Part shown: piece by piece, positions 47,901-58,600 of the stretch
Position numbering within the stretch: position 1 is the stretch's first letter
Layout: every line of letters begins with the position of its first letter
Translations under genes and position numbers: made by a program
Notes under the pieces: model-generated
What the model saw: only the letters and a program-made list of their open reading frames with translations
Databases searched by the model: none
Told to the model about the DNA's origin: nothing
Assembly (NCBI GenBank): GCA_047495785.1
Contig: JBLDXI010000007.1
Coordinates: 4,464,001-4,528,000 of the forward strand
Source: Lepidodermella squamata
Taxonomy: Eukaryota; Animalia; Gastrotricha
Length of the DNA: 64,000 nucleotides
Reading direction: 5' to 3'

Positions 47901-50829
47901 GTCATTTCCCACGGCCCACGGTTTATTCCAGCGGGGTTCTTTCAATAATGGAGAAATAACTACCGAATCGTTAAAAAATACCACGAAGTTTCATTTTTTC
48001 CTGACAAAATTCACGATTTCTAATCCTAATTCGATCATGTTGATAAATTAAAAAAGCTATTCTGGTCAGGAAAACTGCTAAAACATGATAAATCAGGGCA
48101 ACTCAATGGGTGTTTAATTGATCAGCTATTGACCTCAGAAAAATCTGCATATCAAGAAGATTGAAGATAGGAGGGCATTTTTATAGATGTTGAAACGAAT
48201 TACTAATTGTTTTCTGATGAACTGGCTGGTGAATTTCTGATGGAGTTTTACCTAAGGTGCGTTTTTTATTAAAACCGTGGTGTGCTTCAGACTAATTACA
48301 TCTATTAACGCCAGATGACACACAAGAAAAGTTAAAGCTTCTCAAACCCCATCAAAAACTCAAAAATTGAAAATTAAGAAATTCGAACTTGTCGGCAAGT
48401 TTGGATTCAAAATAAAGGTCAGAAATCGCCTAAAACGCTTTGAATTTTCAAAAATTTTACCAAATTGATCGATTTTTTCAAAATCGATTTCATGTTCGAT
48501 AATTGCGGAGAAAATAAAAAACCTTTTGCGTAGTTTTGATAAAATTAGCTCTTAAGACATGGGGTCAGAAATTAACGAGGGTCACATGTTGCATGGTCGT
48601 AAATTAATTACAGCCATGTCACGATTTAGCCGCGGCCAAATGTTCTTAATCCGCGCGGGGATTTGTCTTTTCTGACCGGCCTTGACCGCACTTCGAGCCG
48701 GTCAGTTCATGATAGACGTGCCGATTGTGATTTCTCTGTTGCGAATCTCACCGAAAAATTGATCACAGCGCTGAACAATAGCACCTCGGTTTTAATAAAA
48801 AACGCACCTCTAAAAAAGCAGTGGCAGCTAATCCACACACTCTGTTGCATAATCGCAGTCATTTCAAAGCCACAAGAACGGCTTAGTGCACTGATGATCT
48901 TTCAACTCGTTTGAGCTAAACTTGAAATAACTGGACCTCTTAAAATCACGACAACGCGCCGCTAGGTTTCTAGGAACGCTTTATTATTTTAATTTTTCAC
49001 GCTTAATTTTTTAAATTTATCAAATAATTATTTTGTGCTTAATTAAAAATTTACTACTTTAATTTATTTAGCAGGGTCCAAAATTACGGTCTATTAACGA
49101 GGGAGTTCTTTTAACGAGGGTGCCACTAACGAGGGAGCACTGTAACACACACAATCACCAGATCCGGCTTGCAGCAAGAAGCTCTACTCGGGACATTATT
49201 CCCTTCACACGTATGACCGCGATAATCGAGAAATCACAAAAAAAATCACATTTACTTCGGGTGTGCATTCGGAAGAGAAATTATTCAAATCCAATGACCT
49301 CATCTGCATATGCATTTGAAATTTTAAACAAAAAAACTGAGATTGTCGAAGTTGTACCTTTCTTTACCTGGTCAATGCTCAAAGCCAAAAACGGATTTAA
49401 CCTGGGTTTTGGCATGTAAATTAGCGCCAGGTGAAGGGGTTTCTAATGGTGTCATCCGATTTACCGAATTCTAGAACCCTGATTTTTTAGAATTTTTTTA
49501 GAAAGGAGCACTGGGAGTTGTTAAAATTGTACCGCTCCCCGGTAGTGCATTAAGTTGCTCTTGTGGTTTTTAAATGACTTCGAGTATGCAGCAGAATGTG
49601 TGGATTAGCTGCCACTCATGCGCGAAAAAACTCGTAAAAACTGTGCACTTTTTTGATCGGGGTACCATATTTTTAATCATTTCAATTTTCCTTTGTTTTA
49701 TTAGAAAAATTTTCTGTTTACAAGCAGTTGTTGGATGCCAGCCGGAGGGCACCGAGCATATATTTGATGATAGTATCGCGGTTAGGAAACGGTAAGATAG
49801 CACTAGAGTTATTATAATAATTATTTCCATCATTTATCATCAATTATTATTATAATTCGGCAAGACAAGATAGGCACGATTATATAGGCACGAATAGTCA
49901 TTCCTCTATGTTAGAATGAATTTAAGTGTGTATGTGTGTGTGTGAAAAATGAACAGCAGCAGCAACAGCAAAAAACTTGCGCCGTAATTTGATAAAATAA
50001 TGTGTGCGCGCGAAGATCAAAGTAGGACTGACTAAGGAATTGCGCCGGAAAAAGAAAACTAGCACTAAGAATAAGGCAAAAGATGAGAAAGGCAAAACGA
50101 CAAAGAAAATAAAGAAGGAAAAATCCAGCGAAAAGGAGTTTGTGATTAAAATTATACCCGATTTTCAACTAGCTGAAATGGTGTCTTTTGGAAAAGATGA
50201 ATGGCGCATGATTGTTAACTCGATTGAAAACTATGAATTTTTCGGAAAAAGCAAGATCTTCAATTGTGGGGGTGGGTAAGAATTTCTCTTTGCCTGCCTT
50301 CGCCCTCTTCAAAACCTGAAACGGTACATGACGCTTAGTCATGGAGAGGCTTAGATAAAACTATTATTAGAATGAGTGCGCGCGAAGATTTTGCAATAAC
50401 AAAATAAAAAATGCGCCTTAATAATTTTTAAATTGAAATTTGTCGCAAGTTGATTGGCTCGCGTCAGTGACTTCGCCAGAATTCGTCTATAAAAGGAAGA
50501 AAAGGAAGAGCGGAAGAAAAGAGAGGAAGAAAAGGAAGAGAGATGGAAGAATAGGAAGAATAGAGGGAAGAAGAAGGAAGATTAAGAGAGGGAAGAGGAA
50601 GATTGCCGCGGTTGAACGAAACAAAGCCGTCATTGCCGACGAACAGCTGCGTGTAGGTGGATTCAGCGAATGGGAATGGCGGTATGTTGCAGACAGTCGC
50701 GAAACAGTCGCCGGAACACAGTGAGACGACTGAGTCGCCCGAGCCGTGTGGGAAGAACGTCGACAGAGGGACGGAGCTGAACGCAGACTGCACTGCTGAA
50801 GCCAGCAGAAGAAATAGAACACGGAACAT
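41975..50829 (-). CDS. SUSD2/Mesh-like adhesion protein: NIDO-IPT-AMOP-vWD-2x sushi, probable GPI anchor; NIDO region split by about 5 kb of repeats
   Basis: Signal peptide and NIDO start at 50829 (FPFAESTYTQLFVGNDGFVSF); NIDO continues ITPFWVHID, VATW, NTFQLTLATDG; AMOP/vWD ARGDPHLLSFDGLAYTFNGAGEF; two CCP repeats; hydrophobic C-terminus. Confidence 0.85.
45720..46685 (+). mobile_element. Degenerate non-LTR retrotransposon (reverse transcriptase fragment)
   Basis: G.CQGS.LGP-like region, YTFADD, LLGLVLD, FKTYALPILEFG, LDQVQERF; reading frame broken. Confidence 0.8.
46686..49142. mobile_element. Non-autonomous pogo/Tigger-like DNA transposon (about 2.46 kb)
   Basis: TA|CAGTGCTCCCTCG at the left end and CGAGGGAGCACTG|TA at the right; repeated subterminal TAACGAGGG motifs at 49095-49135. 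Confidence 0.8.
48255..48810. mobile_element. Mariner-like MITE nested in the pogo-like element
   Basis: Inverted repeats of about 28 bp, AGGTGCGTTTTTTATTAAAACCG(T/A)GGTG, with TA next to both ends. Confidence 0.7.
50018..50370 (+). mobile_element. 5'-truncated non-LTR retroelement with target-site duplication
   Basis: Flanked by the 19-bp direct repeat AATG(T/A)GTGCGCGCGAAGAT (49999-50017 and 50371-50389); the 3' tail is shared with 23211-23300. Confidence 0.75.
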
Positions 50830-51893
50830 GTCGAGCCAAAACGTAATTAATGCCGCTCAACATGGCCATTTTATCACAATCAGATGCCGTCAGGTCTTCC
50901 GCGGAACTATTTTTGGTTTATCGCAAATTAACGCCGTTTTATTGCAACTAAACATAGCAACTGATAAGCGAATAAATAAGAAAGCATCGGCTTTTTCTCA
51001 ATAATTCTATTTTTTCACCGTAGCCTTTGCCAAAGCCACTCTGTTGGCTGCTAATTTCCATCAGTCTGTTTGAAGAAGAACAATTACTTGTTTATTTCAT
51101 GTGTCGTGCTAAGCGTTCAGCACATTTTAAATCATGAAACGTACTACTTATAGGACGCCACGGCTCGCTGAAAATCAGAGAAAGCGTGAAAATTGGACAG
51201 GACGGGTCATTTGTTTTTGCCTCTTCATGCGCGTTAAAAAGCGCCGCTAATTACTTGCCACCCGTCACCTCGAAACGGATGTAAGCAAGTCTAAATCCGA
51301 GTTATTCAAAGATACTAACGATGTGAACGTGATACTTTTTTCATGTATTTGAAATTTGAATTCGATACCGGCAAAAAAGCCGAATGAATTTTTCACGCGG
51401 TCCTTAAAGTCGCGCTATTGTCCGTGAATGATTTGTTCGCCAATGATCGAAATCACAAATTAGCCCCTGGAATCCTTCCTGCTTATCTCGGTAGTGGTGT
51501 TCACGGAACAGCCTGACTCTACCTGACTGCATTATTTCTCAAGTTTTGTTTAAGGTTCGTGGAATGTCACGTGGGCACGCGCACTTTGATCCTGCAAAAC
51601 CGAATTATAATGTGCATCTCCTGCGCTCATCACTGGGCAATGGTGAACCAGAGTCAGCTAACTTTGCGACGAGCCAATGTACATAGTAGAACAGTTGAAT
51701 CCTCAGTCAACCTTTGTAAAATGTGCGATTTATGCCGTGCCTTGAATTCACCCTTCTTTTTTTCTTGAGGAAGCATGTCAAACAACTGAAACTAGGCGTG
51801 AGCCTCCGTCTGATTCATGGACCTGAAGGTTGGTCAGGATATTTTTGAATTTTTAAACAACGTATTGGTTTTATTCTTTTCAAGCATATAAAT

Positions 51894-52712
51894 TCAAGTA
51901 ACCTCCGAGAGATATCTAAGCCATCGCTCGATAACCATAACAACAAGTTTTTTGTTCCACTCTTTCGCTACGTCCAGCGTTGATTTGCCGTCGTTTTCTT
52001 GCTGAAGCGCATTGGCGCCTCTGTGCAGCAAGAACTCAACTAGCAAGGCGTGCCCGGCATGAGAAGCACACATCAACGCTGTCCAACCATCGAAACAGTT
52101 GCTGGCATTCAAATCCGCCAAAGTGCCTTGCTCCTCCTCGGGGGACGATTCGAAATCGCACAGAAGTTGAACACAGGCTAAATTACCTGCGGCGGCGGCT
52201 CTCATCAACGCTGTATTTCGGTTCATCCGTTCGCCATCTTGCATTTCGACGAATTTCTTCAGTTTTGCCAGTGCTGCTTCGCGATGCAAGTCTTTGCCCT
52301 CGGCGAATTTCGCTGTCAAAATGGCTTCGACAATCTGGTAATAGCCAGCAAAGCTAGCTAGATGGAGGCAAGTTGAATTTGCGGGCCATTCGTCGCTGTC
52401 GATGATTTTCCCATGCCTGCATGCGTTGTAGCGGCATTCGATAATTGGAAGCCCGGCTTGTGTTTGACTTTTCAAAATGCCTCGGACTGTGTTCAAGTTA
52501 CCTTTCAGGCAAGATTCGAATAACAGCTGAAATTTCTGAAATAATTGAACGTTCTTGACTTCTATAATGAGCATTCTCACCTTTTCAGCTCGAATTTGGG
52601 CGAGTTCAGGATCGATCAGCTCTTCGCTAGCACTTTGGTTCGATTTTTGACTCTGCTTCATATTGGCGCCTATGAGAAATGCGAGCTGATCAGCCGTGCG
52701 GAACGCGGTCAT
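51894..52712 (-). CDS. Ankyrin-repeat protein
   Basis: STCLHLASFAGY, NTALMRAAAAGN, WTALMCASHAGH; one short in-frame intron is likely near 52530-52580. Confidence 0.85.
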   Translation of the reverse strand: MTAFRTADQLAFLIGANMKQSQKSNQSASEELIDPELAQIRAEKVRMLIIEVKNVQLFQKFQLLFESCLKGNLNTVRGILKSQTQAGLPIIECRYNACRHGKIIDSDEWPANSTCLHLASFAGYYQIVEAILTAKFAEGKDLHREAALAKLKKFVEMQDGERMNRNTALMRAAAAGNLACVQLLCDFESSPEEEQGTLADLNASNCFDGWTALMCASHAGHALLVEFLLHRGANALQQENDGKSTLDVAKEWNKKLVVMVIERWLRYLSEVT

Positions 52713-52981
52713 TGCTTGCTGCTGCTGCTGCTGCTGCTACCGCTAATTGTCTAAACTCACTGAAGCATCAATTAATATTTCATTCTGTTGTTTCTGTGCG
52801 CAGGAATAACAATGCCTAGAACTGAGAATCACCGATCATAGCATTATAGCACTTCATCGATTTTCGTTCAGCAAGTGTGAAGGCACCAATCCCACATTTT
52901 ATCCGGCCCATGAAGTAGCTCTATCAAACCAGTAATTTACAATTAAACAAAATCAATTAGGCGGCATATAGCGCATTTTAT

Positions 52982-53641
52982 TCACAACGCAGCATTGTGG
53001 GACCGTAATAATTTTTCAATATCGCCGTGGCCATTATCCACCACCAACTTCAAAGCCGTGACTCCGAATCGATCCCGGCTGTTGGCATCGGCCCCTTTCA
53101 TTAGCAGGAATTGGACGACCTCCGTGTGATGCCACCTGGCCGATAACATCAACGGCGTCCACAGTTCGGCGTTCTTCGCATTGACGTCTGCCCCATATTC
53201 GAGCAGAATTTTTGCGCACTTTTGCCGGTTGTATCCCGACGCAACGTGGAGAGCTGTCGAGCCAGCTGCGCTTCTGTGATTGACAAATTCGGAAACAATT
53301 TCAGCCGCCCTCGCTTGGTTTTCGTTTTGCTCGAGGCTTTGTTTCAGGTCAAGGAGGAATTTCAAGGCTAAATACCGGCCTTGGCTGCAGCACAAGTGCA
53401 GAACGGTTTCGCCCGGAGACAAGCCAGGTACAACAGTGATCAGCCAGCTCGATCGTCGAATATGATGCAGATCAGGGCTAATTTGTTGGATTTTACATTT
53501 TCGAGAAATGACTGAATCACGGGAACATTTCCTTCCTTCACGAGTTTTGCGAATTCCTGCAATAAAAAAACTGCCTAAATCTATTACTCAAAAAAACGAG
53601 AAAATTCTCACGATTTGTTCTTGAAAATTGCCGTCAGCCAT
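52982..53641 (-). CDS. Ankyrin-repeat protein (5' part may be frameshifted)
   Basis: GETVLHLCC, GSTALHVAS, WTPLMLSA, GVTALKL. The upstream exons MADGNFQEQI|EFAKLVKEGNV do not join the ankyrin ORF in frame as read. Confidence 0.75.
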
Positions 53642-53848
53642 TTAATAGATTCCGGGAAATTATTCGATATCAAGTCGAGTTGCTTTATAAGGCTATGCCT
53701 ATGTGTAATTTTATCAAAGCGTAACTACTCCAGCAATGTTTTTTCCTTATTGCACGATAGGCTCAAGTTTTGAATGCGGCTCACTTTATTCCGGCAATAA
53801 AATTATTTCGAAAGAGTGGTTTCAATAGACAACGTCATGTTCTACATT

Positions 53849-54800
53849 TTACGAAGAACCTTTCGCCGGGCATTGATCGGCGAGCGCGTCTGCAAACAGT
53901 TGGTCGTGGCCACAATTCTTGTCCTTGTTGCATCTTGAAGGGGAAAAGTAATAAATAAACAAAGTTGTCGCAGATTAAGATTTACCCGTCATCGCAGCAC
54001 GTGCACAAAGACATCGTTCCTAAGTTTTTCGGCAGGGCAGCGATCATCGAAGTCCGGAAACACGTCTCATCCAACTTGCTCACCTTGTCAAAGCCAGCTG
54101 TACAGATTTTGTAAAGAAATAAAACAATTATAAGACAAGAAATAAAGAATGACATACGGATACTGTGTAAAGGCGCGTCGATGCCGAGGCCGCTGAGCAG
54201 ATTTCGCGTCAATCCACCCTTGCTTTCGAGGCCGAGATTCTGGGCTGTTTCGTTGGCGCGCACGCAGCCCCAGAAGAACATCGACAGGCCGAGTTTGTAG
54301 TTGGCGAACGAGCCGAGGCCAAGAGGGACATTGCCCTGGCTTGTTGAGTTGAGGATATCCTTGACTGTCGTCGAGGCTCGAATATTCAGACGCTAAGGGT
54401 GTAATTTTGAGAAATTAAATCATAATTAAACGAACGGCATTTTAATTTGAGAATTGTTGTTTACTTTTAGTGATCGAACTAGATGAATAGTCGTAACAGC
54501 CATAAGAAAAAAGGTCTAATAAATTACCATACAAAAGTCGCAGTTGTCCTCGACACCAGCATTCTCCGGCAGCGTGCTGTCTGCTTCGAGTTTCGCTCCG
54601 TTCGGATTGAACATCATCTGAACAAACAGCCTTCCAACGGCATTCGCATCAGGCAGCGACGTTGCATTGTAACAACTTACAATCGCTGCAAATACAAAAA
54701 TTAAGATTTCGCAAAATGAGAGATCCTCGTCCGAACCCTCATTTCGCCCGAAGAAACAAGCAAGTACGCAGAGTAAACCGAACGTTGAAGCTGAATTCAT
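53849..54800 (-). CDS. Secreted cysteine-rich Ly6/three-finger-like protein, paralogue 4 (most divergent, spliced)
   Basis: MNSASTFGLLCVLAC signal; VSCYNATSLPD...NCDFC; WGC; ETC...LCTCCDD; CNKDKNCGHDQLFADALADQCPAKGSS*. Confidence 0.75.
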
Positions 54801-55617
54801 TTGAACTTTGAGCCGAGTTGGATTGTAAAATAGGTAATGAAATCAAAGAATCGTGAAATTGAATGAAAACTAATGCGTCGTGTCTTTTGAGGACTAGGGC
54901 GCCAGGTGAGAAACCACGTTGCATCACTGTCAATTACGCCGTGGGCGTTACGATGCGTAGTCGTAATGCGTAGTTGTTTGTTTGTATGCTTTTCGATCCA
55001 ACTCGACATGGCGCGAAGATTATACAATTTCATGATAAAGCACTAGATTTGAATGAACTATTACCCACCGCAGTGTAAACCAACGCATATATGCTGCGTG
55101 GAATTTCATGTAGAATCGCTGTTTCCGTTTACCCAAATCGTCAACAGCCGAGGCGCGAAAGAAGAATAAGGTCAATTCTTTCTAAGACTAGTAATGCCTG
55201 AAAAAAGAAACAAAACCCTCCCGGCTCATAGATTTTGAAAACCAGTTATTGTAGCGGCATAGTTTTGTTAACAGATTTCACTTAAAACTGGTTCAAATTC
55301 AGCTTGAAAGAATGAAAACTAGTGCGATCTATCCAGAAAATATAATAAAATGTTTTTTGTAGGTAAGTTATCTAAAGGCGTAACATCTCATTGTGTAAAG
55401 TGGGTGAAATGAGTGGAGAAATTGTAGAAGCGTAATTACGCGTCGGTGTTTCAAGAACATGTTATCTGATCAACTGGCGGCACCTGAATGAAACAACCAA
55501 CGGTACTGTAGGATACAAGCCTCCTAATTAGGCAGCCCGTGGTAGCCAAGACCAGCCCCACAGCCATATATATTAATACTAGCGATTTTTTCATCTGTTT
55601 TTCCCGCGTTTTGCACA

Positions 55618-58600
55618 ATGGTGGCTACGAAATATGTTTTGGCGCTGGTTCTGACGTCATTGCTATGCAATGCTCAAGGTAGGAACTAAAAAATCAAGAA
55701 AATATTTAAAAAAGTTACCTCGAGCGATTGCCTACCTATATTCCCATCTTCGGCCTATTTTAAGATATTTACATACGAAACTAGTAACAGATCTCTTGGT
55801 AACCCCCACGTTAAACAGGTAAACAAAATTTCTTAATGGTTGTTGCTGAGGTTCAGCCATCACATTACTACGCTAATATGTAGTTTCAGAAAATATCCCG
55901 AATTCGCCCAATTTTACTGCAGCCGCTATGTACGCAGTTCAAGTTATTATTATTTGTTTGATTATTATTTTTATTAGCTGTACCTAATCGTTTTATCTGC
56001 TTTTAAGCTGCTTTGATTTTGCTTCTTCTGTTTCAGACGGCTCTGGAGACTCGCCTGTATCTGAATTTCGCGGTATTGACGCAGAGGCTGATAACTCGAG
56101 TTTTACTCTTGAGCCTAGCTCACTTGCCGTGACAACACGGCCACCTTCAAAGCGACGACGGCCTCGCCCTGGTATCGCAATCGATCTGCCTGAGAAATCT
56201 GCTAACAACGCGACCAACCCAGCGCAGGGCTACATTTACCTGGGCCCATTCGACTTGGAAGACATGGCCGCCCTCAGTTGGTACCTGACGCAACTGGCTG
56301 CTAAGAAATCAGGCCGAGGGAGGAGGAAACCGATGCTGGACACTGCTACCACAACACCGGCGATGAAATCGAAGGAAGAAATTGAAACTACCACGTTTGG
56401 ATCCATCACAACACCCACGACTACTGAGGAAGATAATGTGTCCGAAGAAATGAGCGAATATTACGAGGAGGACAAACCCAACGAAGCAATAGCATTGGAC
56501 AATAGCACATCTTCATTGCCAACAACTGAAATAAACCAATTTATGCTATCGAATATCGATATTTTAGCAGCGTCAACCTTGATTCCAGTGTCGGCGCTTG
56601 TTGGCGAATCGGAGTTCACAACTGCAGAGACCAAACCCACTACAGCTACTGACGCAGCGACGACGGCAATCATTTCGACTGCTCACTTGCAATTAGACAC
56701 CGTGAAACCTGTGACAGCAGCAGTGGCGGCCACTGCTTCGAAAAACTCGATATCTACGGCCACGACGAAGAAGAAAACAACGGTGAAGCCGACTACGAAG
56801 CATGCGACGAAGACAACAACGAAGAAAACTGTTCATAAATCAACAACGAAGACGACAACGGTGAAACTGGGCCATGGTAAAGCGACAACTAAGAAAACAC
56901 CAGCTACGACGAAAAAGGCGGCAACAACCACGTAAAAATAAAATTTTTAAACCGTCTAAACAATACCCTTTGTTGCAAAATTTCAAAATTTTCTATAAAT
57001 TTCACATTTGGGCAGTCCTCAAGACCGAGATTTGTTACTTTTCATTTAGTGCCCTAGGCTTTTTTCGTTTTAAAAGCAACTTGCCTTTTTTCGCGAATTA
57101 AATCGCGTGCTACCACACTCTATTCATCTACACTAATAATCTCTCAATGGAACAAGTCAATGAGGAGGCTCAAATCGCCCAGCTAAGGGCAGAAGTCGAC
57201 GAACTGAAGGCAGAGGTCAAGGAGCTTAAATTGGCTGCCAGCGATCTGGCAAGAAGAACCAGTCGTATAGAAGGTCATGTGTGGCGAGCTTCGCTGCTCG
57301 TTGGAGGCATTCCCGAAACCGCCCGCGAATCCGAGGAACTTCTAATCGACAAGGTATACGAGGCGGTACCGATGCTTTGCAACGTACCGATGACTTGCCA
57401 GCGATTCGGACCCCCTCGCAGAAACGCGGAAGGTACCTTGATTAACCGTCAAATACATGTGACACTTGCGCCGGAGGCGGTTTCCTGTGTCTACTCGACA
57501 CTGCAGTTTGAAAACCGCAGGCATCTTGCCCGCGGCATCTGGGTGTCGCGCTACCTCCCTCCGCACAAACAAACGATCCGGAAGGCACTGAATAGTAAAC
57601 TCAACGATATTGTCAAGGACGAAAACAACAACTCTCCCGACATCAACTACAAAATCACCGGCAACACGTTGATCACACAGGGGTTTGGGACTTACGTTTT
57701 CAAATCAGCCATTGGAAAAGTCGAGCAGCTTGCGGATAACGCCGCCCACCAGCCGAAGCCCGACCGATGGTCGAACCGCGCTAAGGCGAACGAAGCACGC
57801 CAGGCCGCTGCGAACCAACGCCAACAGCCACCGCAACAACAGCGACAAGGCAATGGCTACGCCGGCCAGTGGCGCGGCGGAAACAGCGGTCAGCAACAAC
57901 CGAATGGCAACACCAACAACCAGCTCGGAATAGGGAACCGGAACTACGGCACGGCACCACCTCAACAGCCCCAACAAGATGTGAACTTCAACCGAAACGA
58001 ACGCCCGCTCAACCAACACGCACCTCCGCCGCCGCCTCCGCCGCCTAACACGGCCTATGGCGGCCCGGGATGGGACTACAACTACAACGCACCGCCTCTC
58101 AACAACGACTTCGGCGACGAGGACAACTATGGCGAACCTGAATTCCAGCAACGACCCTCGTTCGTGACGAGGCGAAGTCATCAACGGCCGTCGCTCCAAC
58201 GGCCGTCGTTCCAATAGCTGCAAACAACCGGCCACGAAATGAAAGCTTGAAAACTGCTCCATCGGCGCCAAGTAAGAACTGTATGATGAATGTTACAAGC
58301 ACCTCTCTAGATTTTGACTTGACTGTTAAACTGATATCTTTTGTTGCCTGGAATATCTTTAAATTTAGGTTAGAATCATATCCGGATATTATTTATTTGC
58401 TTAAGAAATATCTAGTCGTCGCCCTATTGGAAACGTGGCATGATGCCAAATTGGTGCCTCCGCTTTTACGTAAAGATTTTTATGTAATTCATTCCCCAGC
58501 TAAAAAACTTGCCGCATCGAGAGGTAGAAGTTTGTCTGGAGGTATAATTATATATATTCACAGTTCTTTAAAATCAATTTTGACCTTGCTTTTCAAATCA

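Noticed and set aside
50440-50724. Lys/Arg-rich ORF resembling a protamine
   Set aside because: Translation of a polypurine low-complexity tract at the edge of the insertion.
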